DNA of 64,000 nucleotides from an uncultured bacterium (GCA_963801165.1 CAWDDT010000010.1:96001-160000); one strand, 5' to 3'. Counted from the stretch's first letter, positions 36,953 to 47,426 are shown. Numbers and translations are program-made. The notes: generated by a model not told the origin, from the sequence alone.

Positions 36953-38308
36953 TCAGGCGACCTGACCGATTACCAGTTCGGGCGTGGGTTGCGGTGCGCC
37001 GATTACAAAGGCTCGCTCCAGCAGCGGCAAGGCGCTCTCCAGACGCTCCTGGTCGCGATAGGTCACGACGGCGAGGATGTCACCGCGGTCGACCCGACTG
37101 CCGATCTTGGCGGCGAGGGAGATGCCGACGCCGGGATCGATGTCGTCTTCCTTGCGGCTCCTACCGGCACCGAGACGGACCGCGGCGACGCCGATGTCGT
37201 AGGCATCGCAGCCGGTGATATGGCCTGTCTCTGGTGCGGTGACCTCGTACCGGAGCGGCGCGGTCGGCAAGAGCGACCGATCCTCGGCCACGGCCGGGTT
37301 GCCGCCCTGAGCGACGATGACCTCCTGGAACTTCTCCATGGCGGCTCCCGACGAGACCGCGTTGTGCAGCGAGGCGAGCGCCTCGTCGCGGTCGGCAGCG
37401 ATCCCGCCCAGTAGGAGCATGTCCGCACCGAGGTGGTAGGTGAGTTCGACGACGTCGTCGGGGCCGGCGTCGGCGAGCACGTCGAGCGACTCGTTGATCT
37501 CATTGCCATTGCCGATCTCACGGCCGAGGGGTTGGTCCATGGCAGTGAGGGTCGCCACGACCCTGGTCCCGTGCGCCGCTCCGATATCGACCATGGTTTC
37601 AGCCAGTGCTCTTGCCGAGGCCTCGTCCTTCATGAAAGCGCCGGTGCCCGTCTTGATGTCGAGAACGAGACCGTCGATACCCTCGGCCAACTTCTTAGAC
37701 ATGATCGATGAGGCAATCAGCGGCAGTGAAGGAACCGTTCCCGTGCTGTCGCGCAGCGCATAGATCCTGCGGTCGGCGGGGGCGAGGGACTCGGATTGAC
37801 CGCCGAGGACCAAGCCGTGTTGCTCGACGATGGCGATGAACTCGTCCCTGTCGAGACGGGTCCGGAATCCGGGGATGGACTCCAGCTTGTCCAAAGTGCC
37901 CCCGGTATGGCCGAGACCCCGACCTGACATCATCGGCACGGCAACGCCGCAGGCGGCCACCATCGGGGCCAGCGGGATGCTGATCTTGTCTCCGACCCCC
38001 CCCGTTGAGTGCTTGTCGACCTTCGGCATCGGGATGTGGTCGAGGTTGAGCACCTCGCCCGAGAGCAGCATTGCCTCGGTCCACGTCGCCAGCTCCTGAC
38101 GAGAGAGACCCCTGATGAAGATGGCCATCAGCAGCGCCGACATCTGGTAGTCGGGGATGCGGTCCGCGGTGTATTCCGAGATAACCCATCGGAGCTCATC
38201 GGACGACACGGCGTGACCATCACGCTTGCGTTCGATGATCTCTGTGATCGAGTGGTGTTTCATCGAGTGGTGTTTCATCGAGTGGTGTTTCATCGAGTGG
38301 TGTTTCAT
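36953..38308 (-). CDS. deoA: Thymidine/pyrimidine-nucleoside phosphorylase
   Basis: DKHSTGGVGDK, SGRGLGHTGGTLDKLESIPG, SIMSKK. Confidence 0.93.
   Translation of the reverse strand: MKHHSMKHHSMKHHSMKHHSITEIIERKRDGHAVSSDELRWVISEYTADRIPDYQMSALLMAIFIRGLSRQELATWTEAMLLSGEVLNLDHIPMPKVDKHSTGGVGDKISIPLAPMVAACGVAVPMMSGRGLGHTGGTLDKLESIPGFRTRLDRDEFIAIVEQHGLVLGGQSESLAPADRRIYALRDSTGTVPSLPLIASSIMSKKLAEGIDGLVLDIKTGTGAFMKDEASARALAETMVDIGAAHGTRVVATLTAMDQPLGREIGNGNEINESLDVLADAGPDDVVELTYHLGADMLLLGGIAADRDEALASLHNAVSSGAAMEKFQEVIVAQGGNPAVAEDRSLLPTAPLRYEVTAPETGHITGCDAYDIGVAAVRLGAGRSRKEDDIDPGVGISLAAKIGSRVDRGDILAVVTYRDQERLESALPLLERAFVIGAPQPTPELVIGQVA
38249..38308 (-). repeat. 15-bp tandem repeat ATGAAACACCACTCG x4 containing the start codon
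   Basis: Encodes MKHHS x4. Confidence 0.95.
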
Positions 38309-38354
38309 CGTCTGATTATCGCCGTCCGTGCGGAAGATCGCATTTCGCGAGCTG

Positions 38355-38636
38355 TCAGCCCGGGCGCTTCACCTTGCCGTTGACCACCCTGACCCCTTCG
38401 GCTCGCAGCAGCCGGGCCTGCTTCTGCTCGCCTCCCGGAACCAGCCGGCCGCCGGCCGTGACGACTCGCCACCACGGCAGTCCCGGCACGGTGCGGAGCA
38501 GGTTTCCCACTGCCCGCGCCGCTCCCGGGTAGCCGGCCTCCGTCGCGACTTCGCCGTATGCCATCACGTCGCCCGGCTCCAGTGCTTCGAGCACTCTGAT
38601 CACCGCTTCAGTGAAGTCTGCGCGCTGTTCGGTCAC
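38355..38636 (-). CDS. MGMT-family / alkyltransferase-like (ATL) protein
   Basis: YGEVA...GAARAVG, PWWRV (Trp in place of the catalytic Cys). Confidence 0.88.
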   Translation of the reverse strand: MTEQRADFTEAVIRVLEALEPGDVMAYGEVATEAGYPGAARAVGNLLRTVPGLPWWRVVTAGGRLVPGGEQKQARLLRAEGVRVVNGKVKRPG

Positions 38637-38658
38637 GGTGCGTCCTAACGGTGGCCGC

Positions 38659-39681
38659 TCACCCCGTTACGACGAGCTTACCGACAGAGTGGCCTTCACT
38701 GAGATAGCGGATCCCCTCTGGCACGCGGGCCAGCGGGTAGGTGCGTTCGATCATCGGGGTCACCACCCCCGTGGCGAGGAAGTGGCCGAGGGTCTCGACA
38801 TCCTCGCGCTTCATGTGTGCCGTGAGCCAGGCAAACCGGCGGCTGTCGAACCGCGAGGCCACCTTGCGGAACACGAACAGGCGGATCGGTCCCATCACCC
38901 GGTATTTCGGCCCGGTGATGGTCACCTGGGTTCCCCTCTGGCTGAGGACGCGCTTTGTTTCCGACCAGGGCCGATTGCCGGCGTTGTCGAGCAGCAGGTC
39001 GTAGTCGTGGAGCTTCTCGGTGTAGTCCTGTCTCGTGTAGTCGACGACGTGATCTGCGCCGAGCGAGCGCACGATGTCCACCTTGGTTGTGCTACAAACC
39101 GCGGCAACCTCGGCACCGAGCGCCTTGGCGATCTGGACGGCAAACGTGCCCACCCCGCCGGAAGCACCGTTGATCACGACGCGCCGGCCGGATTGGAGGC
39201 CACCGACGTCGCGCAGCGCCTGTAGGGCGGTTGTCCCGGCGAGGGGAATCGACGCAGCGTGCTCGAAGCTGACCGAATCGGGCTTGTGGGCGAGGTTCTT
39301 TGCGCCGGCGACCGCATACTCGGCGAACGAGCCGCTGCCGATGGCGCCAAAGACGGCGTCGCCGGGAGCGAAATCGGTGACATTGGCCCCGACCTGAGCG
39401 ACGACGCCGGCCAGGTCTGAGCCGGGGACCGGGTTTTTGGGTCTGACCAGACCGGCACTGACACGGGCCAGCAAGGGCAGCCCGGTCGTCAGGTGGACGT
39501 CGTACATGTTGAGCGACGAGGCCACAATTCGTATCAGAACACGATCTTCGAGGGGTACGGGTGTGTCGATCTCACGCAGTTTCAGGACGTCGGCGTTCCC
39601 GTACCTGTCCTGGACGATCGCCCGCATCTTGCCGGGGACGCTCTTCTCGTCGGTCGCCCCGGCACGTTGTACTTCTGTCAT
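38659..39681 (-). CDS. NAD(P)-dependent MDR-family oxidoreductase (quinone reductase-like)
   Basis: MRAIVQDRYG, VPGSDLAG, INGASGGVG, GKLVV; GGAGGA RBS. Confidence 0.88.
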   Translation of the reverse strand: MTEVQRAGATDEKSVPGKMRAIVQDRYGNADVLKLREIDTPVPLEDRVLIRIVASSLNMYDVHLTTGLPLLARVSAGLVRPKNPVPGSDLAGVVAQVGANVTDFAPGDAVFGAIGSGSFAEYAVAGAKNLAHKPDSVSFEHAASIPLAGTTALQALRDVGGLQSGRRVVINGASGGVGTFAVQIAKALGAEVAAVCSTTKVDIVRSLGADHVVDYTRQDYTEKLHDYDLLLDNAGNRPWSETKRVLSQRGTQVTITGPKYRVMGPIRLFVFRKVASRFDSRRFAWLTAHMKREDVETLGHFLATGVVTPMIERTYPLARVPEGIRYLSEGHSVGKLVVTG

Positions 39682-39696
39682 GTCTCCTCCTTCTTT

Positions 39697-39750
39697 CTTA
39701 CGTTGTAAGGTAACCATACGACGTAAGGCTGTCAAGCCTTACCGTGTACG
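39697..39750. promoter_or_regulatory. Three CTTAC-N3-GTAAG-type palindromes, probable TetR operators
   Basis: CTTACGTTGTAAG 39697-39709, CATACGACGTAAG 39715-39727 and CTTACCGTGTACG 39738-39750, between divergent oxidoreductase and TetR genes. Confidence 0.7.
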
Positions 39751-39767
39751 GTATGGTGTCGAACACG

Positions 39768-40463
39768 ATGGATCAGCTCACGGAATCGGATCCCGGGCAG
39801 CGGCCGCCGCTGAGCAGGGAGCGTCTCTTCCAAGCGGCAATAGATCTCGCCGACCGGCGGGGCATCGAGGCCGTGACCATGCGCAACCTTGCCGCAGACC
39901 TCGGTGTCGAGGCCATGTCGCTGTATCACCACGTCGCCAATAAGCAGGCACTGCTCGACGGGGTCGTGGACGGTGTCGTCGCCGACATAGAGACCGAGCT
40001 CGGTGGGTTCGACGTGGTTGCCGACCCCCACTCGTGGCGGAAGGTCCTGCGTGACCGCATCCTCACCGCTCGTCGCGTCATGCTGCGGCACCCCTGGGCG
40101 CCGGCGGTGATCGAGACTCGAACGATCACGACTCCCACCACTCTGCGCTACATGGACACGCTACTCGGCATCCTGCTCCAGGGCGGATTCTCTTACGATC
40201 TCGCCCACCACACCATGCACGCAATCGGGAGCCGGGCACTCGGTTTCAGCCAGGAGCTGTTCCAACCAAACCCGGACGACGACACCGGCAGCAACGACAC
40301 GCTCGCAGCAATGGCTATCGAATTGCCCAACATCGTCGGGATGCTGTCCACGATCGTTCACGACGATCCCGACACGACCCTCGGTTGGTGCGACGACCAA
40401 ACGGAGTTCGAATTCGGGATCGACGTGCTGCTCGACGGTCTCGAGAGACGTCTCGGCGGCTGA
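39768..40463 (+). CDS. TetR-family transcriptional regulator (TetR_C type)
   Basis: LSRERL...TMRNLAADLGVEAMSLYHHVANK, FEFGIDVLLDG; ATG at 39753 is an alternative start. Confidence 0.92.
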   Translation: MDQLTESDPGQRPPLSRERLFQAAIDLADRRGIEAVTMRNLAADLGVEAMSLYHHVANKQALLDGVVDGVVADIETELGGFDVVADPHSWRKVLRDRILTARRVMLRHPWAPAVIETRTITTPTTLRYMDTLLGILLQGGFSYDLAHHTMHAIGSRALGFSQELFQPNPDDDTGSNDTLAAMAIELPNIVGMLSTIVHDDPDTTLGWCDDQTEFEFGIDVLLDGLERRLGG

Positions 40464-40464
40464 A

Positions 40465-41079
40465 TCATGCCCTCGCGAGGGTCAGCACCTGGGCGTGAAG
40501 CCCGTCGGCGTCGTCGGTGTCCTGGAATTCGCAACCGACCCGGCTAAAACCGGGGGTGGGTAGTAGGGCGAAGTCATCGTCTGTATACAACGCGAAGAAG
40601 CGGGGGGGATCCGTCCATTCGTCCTCCAACGTGCCTTCGTGGTTGATCCCGCCGTATACGGTGATCGATGCGATGCCACCAAGCCTCAGCGACCGGTGGA
40701 TGATTGCCAGCGTCTGCGCAAACAACCGCTTCGGGACGTGGAGCAGGGAGTTCATCGCAAATACGCCGTCGAACTCGCCCATGAAGAAATCCGGATCGGT
40801 GAAGTCGGCGACGTGTGCGTCCACGCCGCGGGCTCGGGCCAGCTTCACGTTCGCCGGCGAGAGATCGACCGCGGTCACCACGAAGCCCTTGGCAGCGACG
40901 TATGCGGTGCCCTGCCCGGCTCCGCCGCCCAGCTCCAACACCGAAGCGCCCGGTTCGAGTCGACGCAGGAATCCGTCGACGATCTCGGATCGCCAGCCCC
41001 CGAATACATTGTTGTTGCGACGGGGCGCATCGAAGTCGTAGGCCGCCCGAAGCGTCTCGGAATGCTCGTTGGGTCTCAT
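40465..41079 (-). CDS. Class I SAM-dependent methyltransferase
   Basis: VLELGGGAG, AVDLS, FDGVFAMNSLLHVP. Confidence 0.85.
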   Translation of the reverse strand: MRPNEHSETLRAAYDFDAPRRNNNVFGGWRSEIVDGFLRRLEPGASVLELGGGAGQGTAYVAAKGFVVTAVDLSPANVKLARARGVDAHVADFTDPDFFMGEFDGVFAMNSLLHVPKRLFAQTLAIIHRSLRLGGIASITVYGGINHEGTLEDEWTDPPRFFALYTDDDFALLPTPGFSRVGCEFQDTDDADGLHAQVLTLARA

Positions 41080-41712
41080 TTACAGCGGCGGGCGGTCGAT
41101 CGTCCCAAAGAGCCGGTCACCCATGTCCCCGAGACCGGGGACGATGTAGAAGGCATCATTGAGCCCGACATCCTGGGTGGCTGCGACGATCCGGACGTCG
41201 GGGTGATCCTTGTACATCCGAGCCACCCCCTCGGGGGCGGTGACCACACAGAGAGCGGTGATGTCGGTTGCGCCCTTCTCCTTGGCCTTGTCGACCGCCC
41301 ACGACAACGATCCGCCGGTGGCGAGCATCGGCTCGAGAATCAGGACAGAGGCCGTGTCAACCTGCGGAAGGTTCACGTAGTACTCAACCGGCTCCGCCGT
41401 CTGCTCATCCCGCTGCAGGCCGGCAAAGCCAACCTTGACGTTTGGCAATAGGTCGACGACCGCATCGAGCATGCCGAGACCGGCCCGGAGCACGGCGACC
41501 GCCACCACATCGGCGAGGACATCACCGGTCGTGGTTCCCATCGGGGTTGTCACCGGTGTCTCGATCGTCGGCACCGCCCTGGTCGCTTCCAGGACGAGGA
41601 CGTTGGTGAGGCGTCGGGCCGCGGCCCGGAAACTCTCGTTCCCGGTCGATTCGTCACGGAGCGTGGTGAGGTAGTGCCGGGCGAGGGGGTGGTCGACGAT
41701 GGTCAGGTTCAC
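41080..41712 (-). CDS. upp: Uracil phosphoribosyltransferase
   Basis: VLRAGLGM, EPMLATGGS, YIVPGLGDMGDRLFGT. Confidence 0.95.
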   Translation of the reverse strand: MNLTIVDHPLARHYLTTLRDESTGNESFRAAARRLTNVLVLEATRAVPTIETPVTTPMGTTTGDVLADVVAVAVLRAGLGMLDAVVDLLPNVKVGFAGLQRDEQTAEPVEYYVNLPQVDTASVLILEPMLATGGSLSWAVDKAKEKGATDITALCVVTAPEGVARMYKDHPDVRIVAATQDVGLNDAFYIVPGLGDMGDRLFGTIDRPPL

Positions 41713-41822
41713 TGCAGACTCCTCCGAGACGGACTGGGAGAACGTTAGCGGCTGTTGAGCGGCGTCCGGAAGCAGCGTGTCGCGCAGCGACACGCAGCGA
41801 CAACGCCTATTCTCCGGGCCAT

Positions 41823-43160
41823 ATGTTCGACACGATCAGCGATAGGTTCAGCGACGTCTTCGTCCGGTTGCGCGGCAAGGGCCGGCTTTCGGAGTCCGAT
41901 GTCGACGCTGCGTTGCGCGAGGTGCGGTTGGCGCTTCTCGAGGCCGACGTCAACGTCGGCGTGGTCAAGTCGTTCCTGGCACGGGTCAAGGAGAGGGCCC
42001 TGGGCATCGACGTTGCCAAGAGCCTCACGCCGGGCCAGCAAGTCATCAAGATCGTCCACGAGGAGCTTATCAACACCCTTGGCGAGGAAGTGCCGCTGAA
42101 ACGCCCGTCCGCACCTCCTCTGGTAATTCTCATGGCAGGTCTCCAGGGCTCGGGTAAGACGACGTCGGCGGCCAAGCTGGCCCGGCTCCTGAAGGCGAAG
42201 GGAAGGCGCCCGCTCCTGGTGGCCGCCGATCTGCAACGCCCTGCGGCCATCGACCAGCTCGAGACGCTCGGCAAGAGGGTCGGGGTACCCGTCTACGTGG
42301 ACAGGAAGGCCAAGGCTCCGAAACTCGCCAAGGCCGCTCTCAAGCATGCCCGGCAGGAGGGCCACAACGTCGTGATCATCGACACCGCCGGCCGACTCCA
42401 GATCGACGACGACCTGATGAAGGAGCTGGCGGCGGTCAGGAAGGCCGCCGAGCCGGACGAGACTCTGCTCGTGGTCGACGCCATGACCGGTCAGGAAGCG
42501 GTCAACGTTGCCAAGGGCTTTCTCGACTACACGGAGCTGACGGGGCTCGTGATGACGAAGCTGGATGGTGACGCGCGGGGCGGAGCCGCCATCTCCGCTC
42601 GCGAGGTGACGGGTTGCCCGATCAAGTTCGTCGGTCTTGGCGAGGGTCTCGATGATCTCGATGTCTTCTACCCCGAGCGGATGGCGTCCCGGATCCTCGG
42701 CATGGGCGACGTGCTGACCCTCATCGAGAAGGCGGAGACCGCCTACAACGAGGAGGAAGCCCAGAAGGCAGCCGAGAAGCTGCGTACCGCCAGCTTCGAT
42801 CTCGAGGACTTCCTCGAGCAGTTCCAGCAGCTGAGAAAAATGGGCCCGCTGCAAAACCTGATTAGTATGCTGCCGGGCGCCGGACAGGCGCTTCGTGACG
42901 TCGAGGTCAACGAGAAGGACCTCGGCCGCGTTGAGGCCATCATCAGATCGATGACCTCGACGGAGCGCCACGATCCGAAAACCATCAACGGGAGTCGGAA
43001 GCGGCGCATCGCGGCCGGATCGGGAACCCGGCCGCAGGATGTCAACGCCGTCCTCAAACAGTTCTCGGAAGCACAGAAGATGATGAAGATGATCGCTGGT
43101 GGGAAGAGCCCGATACCGGGGCTGAGCCTGCCGGGGATCGGTCGCAACAAGAAGAGGTGA
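41823..43160 (+). CDS. ffh: Signal recognition particle protein Ffh
   Basis: LLEADVN, GLQGSGKTT, DTAGRL, RILGMGD, SRKRRIAAGSG. Confidence 0.97.
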   Translation: MFDTISDRFSDVFVRLRGKGRLSESDVDAALREVRLALLEADVNVGVVKSFLARVKERALGIDVAKSLTPGQQVIKIVHEELINTLGEEVPLKRPSAPPLVILMAGLQGSGKTTSAAKLARLLKAKGRRPLLVAADLQRPAAIDQLETLGKRVGVPVYVDRKAKAPKLAKAALKHARQEGHNVVIIDTAGRLQIDDDLMKELAAVRKAAEPDETLLVVDAMTGQEAVNVAKGFLDYTELTGLVMTKLDGDARGGAAISAREVTGCPIKFVGLGEGLDDLDVFYPERMASRILGMGDVLTLIEKAETAYNEEEAQKAAEKLRTASFDLEDFLEQFQQLRKMGPLQNLISMLPGAGQALRDVEVNEKDLGRVEAIIRSMTSTERHDPKTINGSRKRRIAAGSGTRPQDVNAVLKQFSEAQKMMKMIAGGKSPIPGLSLPGIGRNKKR

Positions 43161-43165
43161 AGTAG

Positions 43166-43672
43166 ATGTCGGTCAAGATCCGCCTGACGCGGATGGGCAA
43201 GAAGAAGCAACCGTCGTACCGCGTCGTTGTGGTGGACTCGCGCAGGCCGCGCGACGGAGCCTATATCGAGCAGATCGGTTTCTACGATCCCCGCTCCGAG
43301 CCCTCGCGCGTCGACATCGACAACGAGCGAGCACTCGATTGGTTGCACAAGGGCGCCCAGCCAACAGAGCGTGCCAAGAAACTTCTGGAGATCTCGGGCG
43401 CCTGGACTCGCTTCGCCATCGATCGTGGCGACATTCACACCATCGGCGGTCCCGCTCCCAAGCCCCAGGCCGAGCCGGCGCCAAAGGTCAAGCCGAAGCC
43501 GGTGGCTGAGGTGGCGGCCGAGGTGGAGCCGGTTGCTGAGGTGGTGGCCGAGGTGGAGCCGGTTGCTGAGGTGGTGGCCGAGGTGGAGCCCGCATCCGAG
43601 GTGGTGGCCGAGGTGGATGCGGTCGTGGAATCCGACAGTGAGCAAGCAACCGAAGTCTCCAAGGACGAATAG
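43166..43672 (+). CDS. rpsP: 30S ribosomal protein S16 with acidic repetitive C-terminal tail
   Basis: VKIRLTRMGKKKQPSYRVVV, GAQPT; tail of (VAEVVAEVEP)n. Confidence 0.95.
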   Translation: MSVKIRLTRMGKKKQPSYRVVVVDSRRPRDGAYIEQIGFYDPRSEPSRVDIDNERALDWLHKGAQPTERAKKLLEISGAWTRFAIDRGDIHTIGGPAPKPQAEPAPKVKPKPVAEVAAEVEPVAEVVAEVEPVAEVVAEVEPASEVVAEVDAVVESDSEQATEVSKDE

Positions 43673-43923
43673 TGGAACAGGGACAGATTGTTGACAAGGT
43701 CGTCAGGTATGTCACCGAGCAGATTGTCGACGACGCCTCGAGCGTCGAGGTCGAGGTGGTCAGCGACGGTGAAGACTCCGTAGTCGCCGAGGTGCGTACG
43801 GCCAAGAAGGACATGGGTCGGGTCATCGGCAGACGTGGGCGTGTCGCCCGGGCAATCCGGGCCGTGGCGCGAGCGGCAGGTGACGAAGAGGGTCTCGACG
43901 TTCAGGTCGAGTTTCTCGATTAG
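43672..43923 (+). CDS. khpA: KH-domain RNA-binding protein KhpA
   Basis: DMGRVIGRRGRVARAIR; lies between rpsP and rimM. Confidence 0.9.
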   Translation: MEQGQIVDKVVRYVTEQIVDDASSVEVEVVSDGEDSVVAEVRTAKKDMGRVIGRRGRVARAIRAVARAAGDEEGLDVQVEFLD

Positions 43924-44022
43924 TCGAATGCCCGCCGAGGTTCATGGCGTCTCGCATGGTGGGCGCTATCGAGTTGGCGTCGCCCTGCCGGTCCGGGTGA
44001 CCCCGATGCCCGGCATCGAGCG

Positions 44023-44532
44023 ATGAGCGCGAACCAGGAGGGTTTCGTCAAGGTCGGGTACCTCAGGCGCGCTCACGGCATCAAGGGCGCCGTCATCGTC
44101 GCGGTACTCGGTGATGAGACCGGGCAGTTCAGGCGGGAGCGTGTGCTCGGCACCGACCGGGACGGGCTCCCGCGGCTCACCGTGTTGGCAGCTAGCCCCC
44201 ACCGGGACGGTCTTCTCGTCACATTTGCTGAAATCTCCGAGCGTGATCGCGCCGAGGAGCTTCGGGGCACGTCGCTGTTGGTCGCCGCCGCCGACAGGAG
44301 GGTGCTCGAAGAAGACGAATACCGGCCCGAGCAACTGATCGGTCTGGATGTCATCGGCAGCGACGGCGCGCACATCGGCGAGGTGACGGGGTTGGTAACT
44401 GGTCCCCAGGACCGCCTGGTCGTGACTACAGGCGACGGCGAGCGTGAGGTACCGTTTGTGGCGGCGATCGTTACCGAGGTCGACCTCCGCTCGGGCTTCG
44501 TGGTCCTCGATCCACCCGACGGTTTGCTCTAG
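44023..44532 (+). CDS. rimM: Ribosome maturation factor RimM
   Basis: VGYLRRAHGIKG, REVPFV...DPPDGLL. Confidence 0.92.
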   Translation: MSANQEGFVKVGYLRRAHGIKGAVIVAVLGDETGQFRRERVLGTDRDGLPRLTVLAASPHRDGLLVTFAEISERDRAEELRGTSLLVAAADRRVLEEDEYRPEQLIGLDVIGSDGAHIGEVTGLVTGPQDRLVVTTGDGEREVPFVAAIVTEVDLRSGFVVLDPPDGLL

Positions 44533-44540
44533 GCCTCGAG

Positions 44541-45458
44541 CTATTGCTGGGGTGGTTCGGCCGGATTTGAAGAGGTGGCGTCGATGGCGACGGTCACCGC
44601 CTCCTCAGCGTCACCATCGGGCGTGACGACGAGATCGAGCGGGACGGCCGGGACGTCGTGGAAGGTCGTCGCAAACTCGCGCCACAGCCCGTTGCCCGGC
44701 AGCGGCGATGCCGTCCCCGTGGCTGCGACGTTCTGGTCCCCCCGGCCGATGAGATCGACGGTCACGGTCTGATACGACCCCTTGACGTATCCGGAGACTA
44801 GAAGCGGGCTGTCCACCGGTCCCGCCGGCGGGCTCACCACAACTACCGTCGCGCCTGTGGCGGCCCCGAGCACCGGCTGTGCGTCCGGCTGTTCCATGAC
44901 GTCGATCACGATCCGGCTGGGAGAGTCGACCTCGTAGGCGCGTAAGGCATACGACCGACCCGCGGCGAGGTGCATGTCGATGGCGAGATTGGTCGCGGTG
45001 GCCACTACGTAAGCGCGTTTCACCAGGTTGCCATCGAGCAACGAATCGGCAACAGCGGAGCGGTTGATGTCGGCGGGCAGGCTCACCCGGACAACACCGG
45101 TAGGGGCGTCATACTCGACGCCGACGGGGTCGAGCCGGCCCGCCGGAGCCCCATCTGCCGTCAGGAAATCCACCATCACCTGCTCGCACCCCGGATAGCT
45201 CGTCCAGCGGATTCCGGAGATCTGTGTGGCGTCACCATCCGCACCACCAAAGGCGGATATCAGCCCGTCGCGGGCGAACGGCCGGTTGCCGGTCGAACAA
45301 GGCGAGTCCCCCGGGAGTGTGGTCGCAGGAGCTGTAGTCGCGATTCCGGTCCCTGCGGCCTCAGTGGTAGTCGTGGTCGTTGTAGACGACTCGGGTTCCA
45401 GATACGAGCAACCGGCGATGAGGCCAACGAGGGCGACGAGAAGCAGGTGACGGAACAT
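44541..45458 (-). CDS. Putative lipoprotein (AMIN-like domain)
   Basis: Lipobox IAG-C, Thr-rich linker, PSRIVIDV. Confidence 0.7.
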   Translation of the reverse strand: MFRHLLLVALVGLIAGCSYLEPESSTTTTTTTEAAGTGIATTAPATTLPGDSPCSTGNRPFARDGLISAFGGADGDATQISGIRWTSYPGCEQVMVDFLTADGAPAGRLDPVGVEYDAPTGVVRVSLPADINRSAVADSLLDGNLVKRAYVVATATNLAIDMHLAAGRSYALRAYEVDSPSRIVIDVMEQPDAQPVLGAATGATVVVVSPPAGPVDSPLLVSGYVKGSYQTVTVDLIGRGDQNVAATGTASPLPGNGLWREFATTFHDVPAVPLDLVVTPDGDAEEAVTVAIDATSSNPAEPPQQ

Positions 45459-45581
45459 CGCAGCGAGCTTACCGAGCTGGGCGTTTTGGGGGGCCGACGG
45501 CCGGCGATTCGCTAATTCCAGCCGTGCAGCAGCCGACCGGGGGGAGTGGTACGGGTGTACCAGTGACGCCGACTAGGGGCC

Positions 45582-47426
45582 ATGATGAGAAAACTGCTCA
45601 ACTGGAAGAAGACGATCTCGTTCAAGATGTGGATCTCGCCTGTGATCGCCATGGTGGTGATCGCGGGAATCATCGCGATTGCGGTGCAGCACCAGCACAC
45701 CCTGGTGCAGGTCAACCTCGAGTCCAAGACGAGAGAACACGTCGAGACCGCCATGAGCGTGGTCGAGGCGGCGTATGCGTCCGAGCAGAGTGGGGAGAAG
45801 ACCCGCGAAGAGGCGCAAGCAGACGCGCTCAGCACGATCGCCGCTATGCGCTACGACGGGTCTCAGTACTTCTGGATCAACGACCACACCCCGACGGTCA
45901 TCATGCATCCGATCAAGCCAGAGCTGGACGGCACCGACGTCTCCGGCATGGAAGACAGCAACGGCGTGAAGATCTTCGTCGAATTCACGAAGACCGTTGA
46001 AGCCAATGGCGCCGGATTCGTATCCTACCTCTGGCCAAAGCCCGGTCAGGATGCGCCCGAAGCGAAGATCTCGTACGTTGCCGGCTTCGAACCGTGGGGC
46101 TGGATCATCGGCACCGGGATCTACGAGAGCGACGTTGCCGGGTTGGTCTCGGAGGAAGTGAACTCCGGGACGACAGTCCTGCTGCTGATGGCTCTCGGCG
46201 CTCTTCTTCTCATTGCACCCGTCACGTGGTGGATCAGCCGCCGCATTTCGCGGTCGCTCAAGGCGATGTCGCAGACCGCCGAGCAACTGGCGACGACCGA
46301 CCTGGTCGAGCTGCGCGATGCCGCCGACGCCATCGCCGGCGGTGACCTGACCCGGTCCGTCACCGTAAACGCAGCGCGCCTCGACGTGCGCTCAGATGAC
46401 GAGATCGGCGCAACCCAGCGATCTTTCAACGACATGCTCGACCGCATCACCGAAGCGGGCGGAGCGATGGATCGGATGACCAAGTCGCTGCGCGACCTCG
46501 TAAGGAGCGTCAGTGCGATCGCCAGCGAGGTCGACGCCGGATCCGAAGGGCTGGCGAGCGCCTCCGATGAGGGTGCCAGGGCAGCGGCGGGGGTGGCAAC
46601 CTCCATCACCGATGTGGCGACTGCGGCGTCAAGCAACGCCGATACCAGTCGTGAGGTCGACAACGCAGTCCGCACCATCACCGAAGAGCTCGCGTCCGCG
46701 CTGCCGGCTATCTCGGCTGTTTCCGAAGCGTCCCAGAAGGCCGAGCTGCGCACCGCCGAGGGGGAGCAGCGGGTGGCTGAGGCTGTGAGCACAATGGACA
46801 CGATCGCCGACTCGATCACCAGGATCTCGGACCGTGTGCTCGAAATGGGGGCCCATTCCCAGAAGGTAGAGCAGATCGTCGATGTGATTCGCGCGATTGC
46901 CGAGCAGACCAATCTCCTTGCCCTGAACGCCGCCATTGAGGCTGCGCGGGCAGGTGAGCATGGGCGCGGGTTCTCGGTTGTGGCCAGCGAGGTCAAGACG
47001 CTGGCTGAGGAGTCGGCCGCTTCGACCGACCAGATCGCCGACATCGTCCTTCAGATAAAGACCCTCCTCGACGGGCTCGTCCAGGAGATGAGCTCCGGCC
47101 GGGAAGGAGTATCCGCCGGTGCCGAGGTCGTCGCGTCGGCCGGTGCGGCGTTCTCGTCGATCGCCGAGTCGGTACGAGAGATCTCTGCGCGCGTAGCAGC
47201 GGTCGACAACTCGGCGAAGGGGATACAGCTCGCAACCGAGATGATTGGTGAGCGGGCGGGCTCGCTTGTCGGGCTCGCCGACGAGACATCCACTTCCTCG
47301 GAGATGGTGGCGGCCGCGGCCGAGGAATCGGCGGCCACGTCTCAGGAGATCGGCGCCACGGCCGAGGTGCTCTCGACGGCAGCAGCCCGGTTGCAGGACA
47401 GCCTCACCCGGTTCCGCGTCGACTGA
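45582..47426 (+). CDS. Methyl-accepting chemotaxis protein with Cache sensor and HAMP domains
   Basis: YFWIND...HPIKPELDG...YLWPKPG...[43 protein letters not shown]. Confidence 0.93.
   Translation: MMRKLLNWKKTISFKMWISPVIAMVVIAGIIAIAVQHQHTLVQVNLESKTREHVETAMSVVEAAYASEQSGEKTREEAQADALSTIAAMRYDGSQYFWINDHTPTVIMHPIKPELDGTDVSGMEDSNGVKIFVEFTKTVEANGAGFVSYLWPKPGQDAPEAKISYVAGFEPWGWIIGTGIYESDVAGLVSEEVNSGTTVLLLMALGALLLIAPVTWWISRRISRSLKAMSQTAEQLATTDLVELRDAADAIAGGDLTRSVTVNAARLDVRSDDEIGATQRSFNDMLDRITEAGGAMDRMTKSLRDLVRSVSAIASEVDAGSEGLASASDEGARAAAGVATSITDVATAASSNADTSREVDNAVRTITEELASALPAISAVSEASQKAELRTAEGEQRVAEAVSTMDTIADSITRISDRVLEMGAHSQKVEQIVDVIRAIAEQTNLLALNAAIEAARAGEHGRGFSVVASEVKTLAEESAASTDQIADIVLQIKTLLDGLVQEMSSGREGVSAGAEVVASAGAAFSSIAESVREISARVAAVDNSAKGIQLATEMIGERAGSLVGLADETSTSSEMVAAAAEESAATSQEIGATAEVLSTAAARLQDSLTRFRVD

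Noticed and set aside
43499-43620. Repeats in the rpsP C-terminal tail
   Set aside because: Low-complexity Ala/Glu-rich S16 tails are common in Actinomycetota and not novel on their own.
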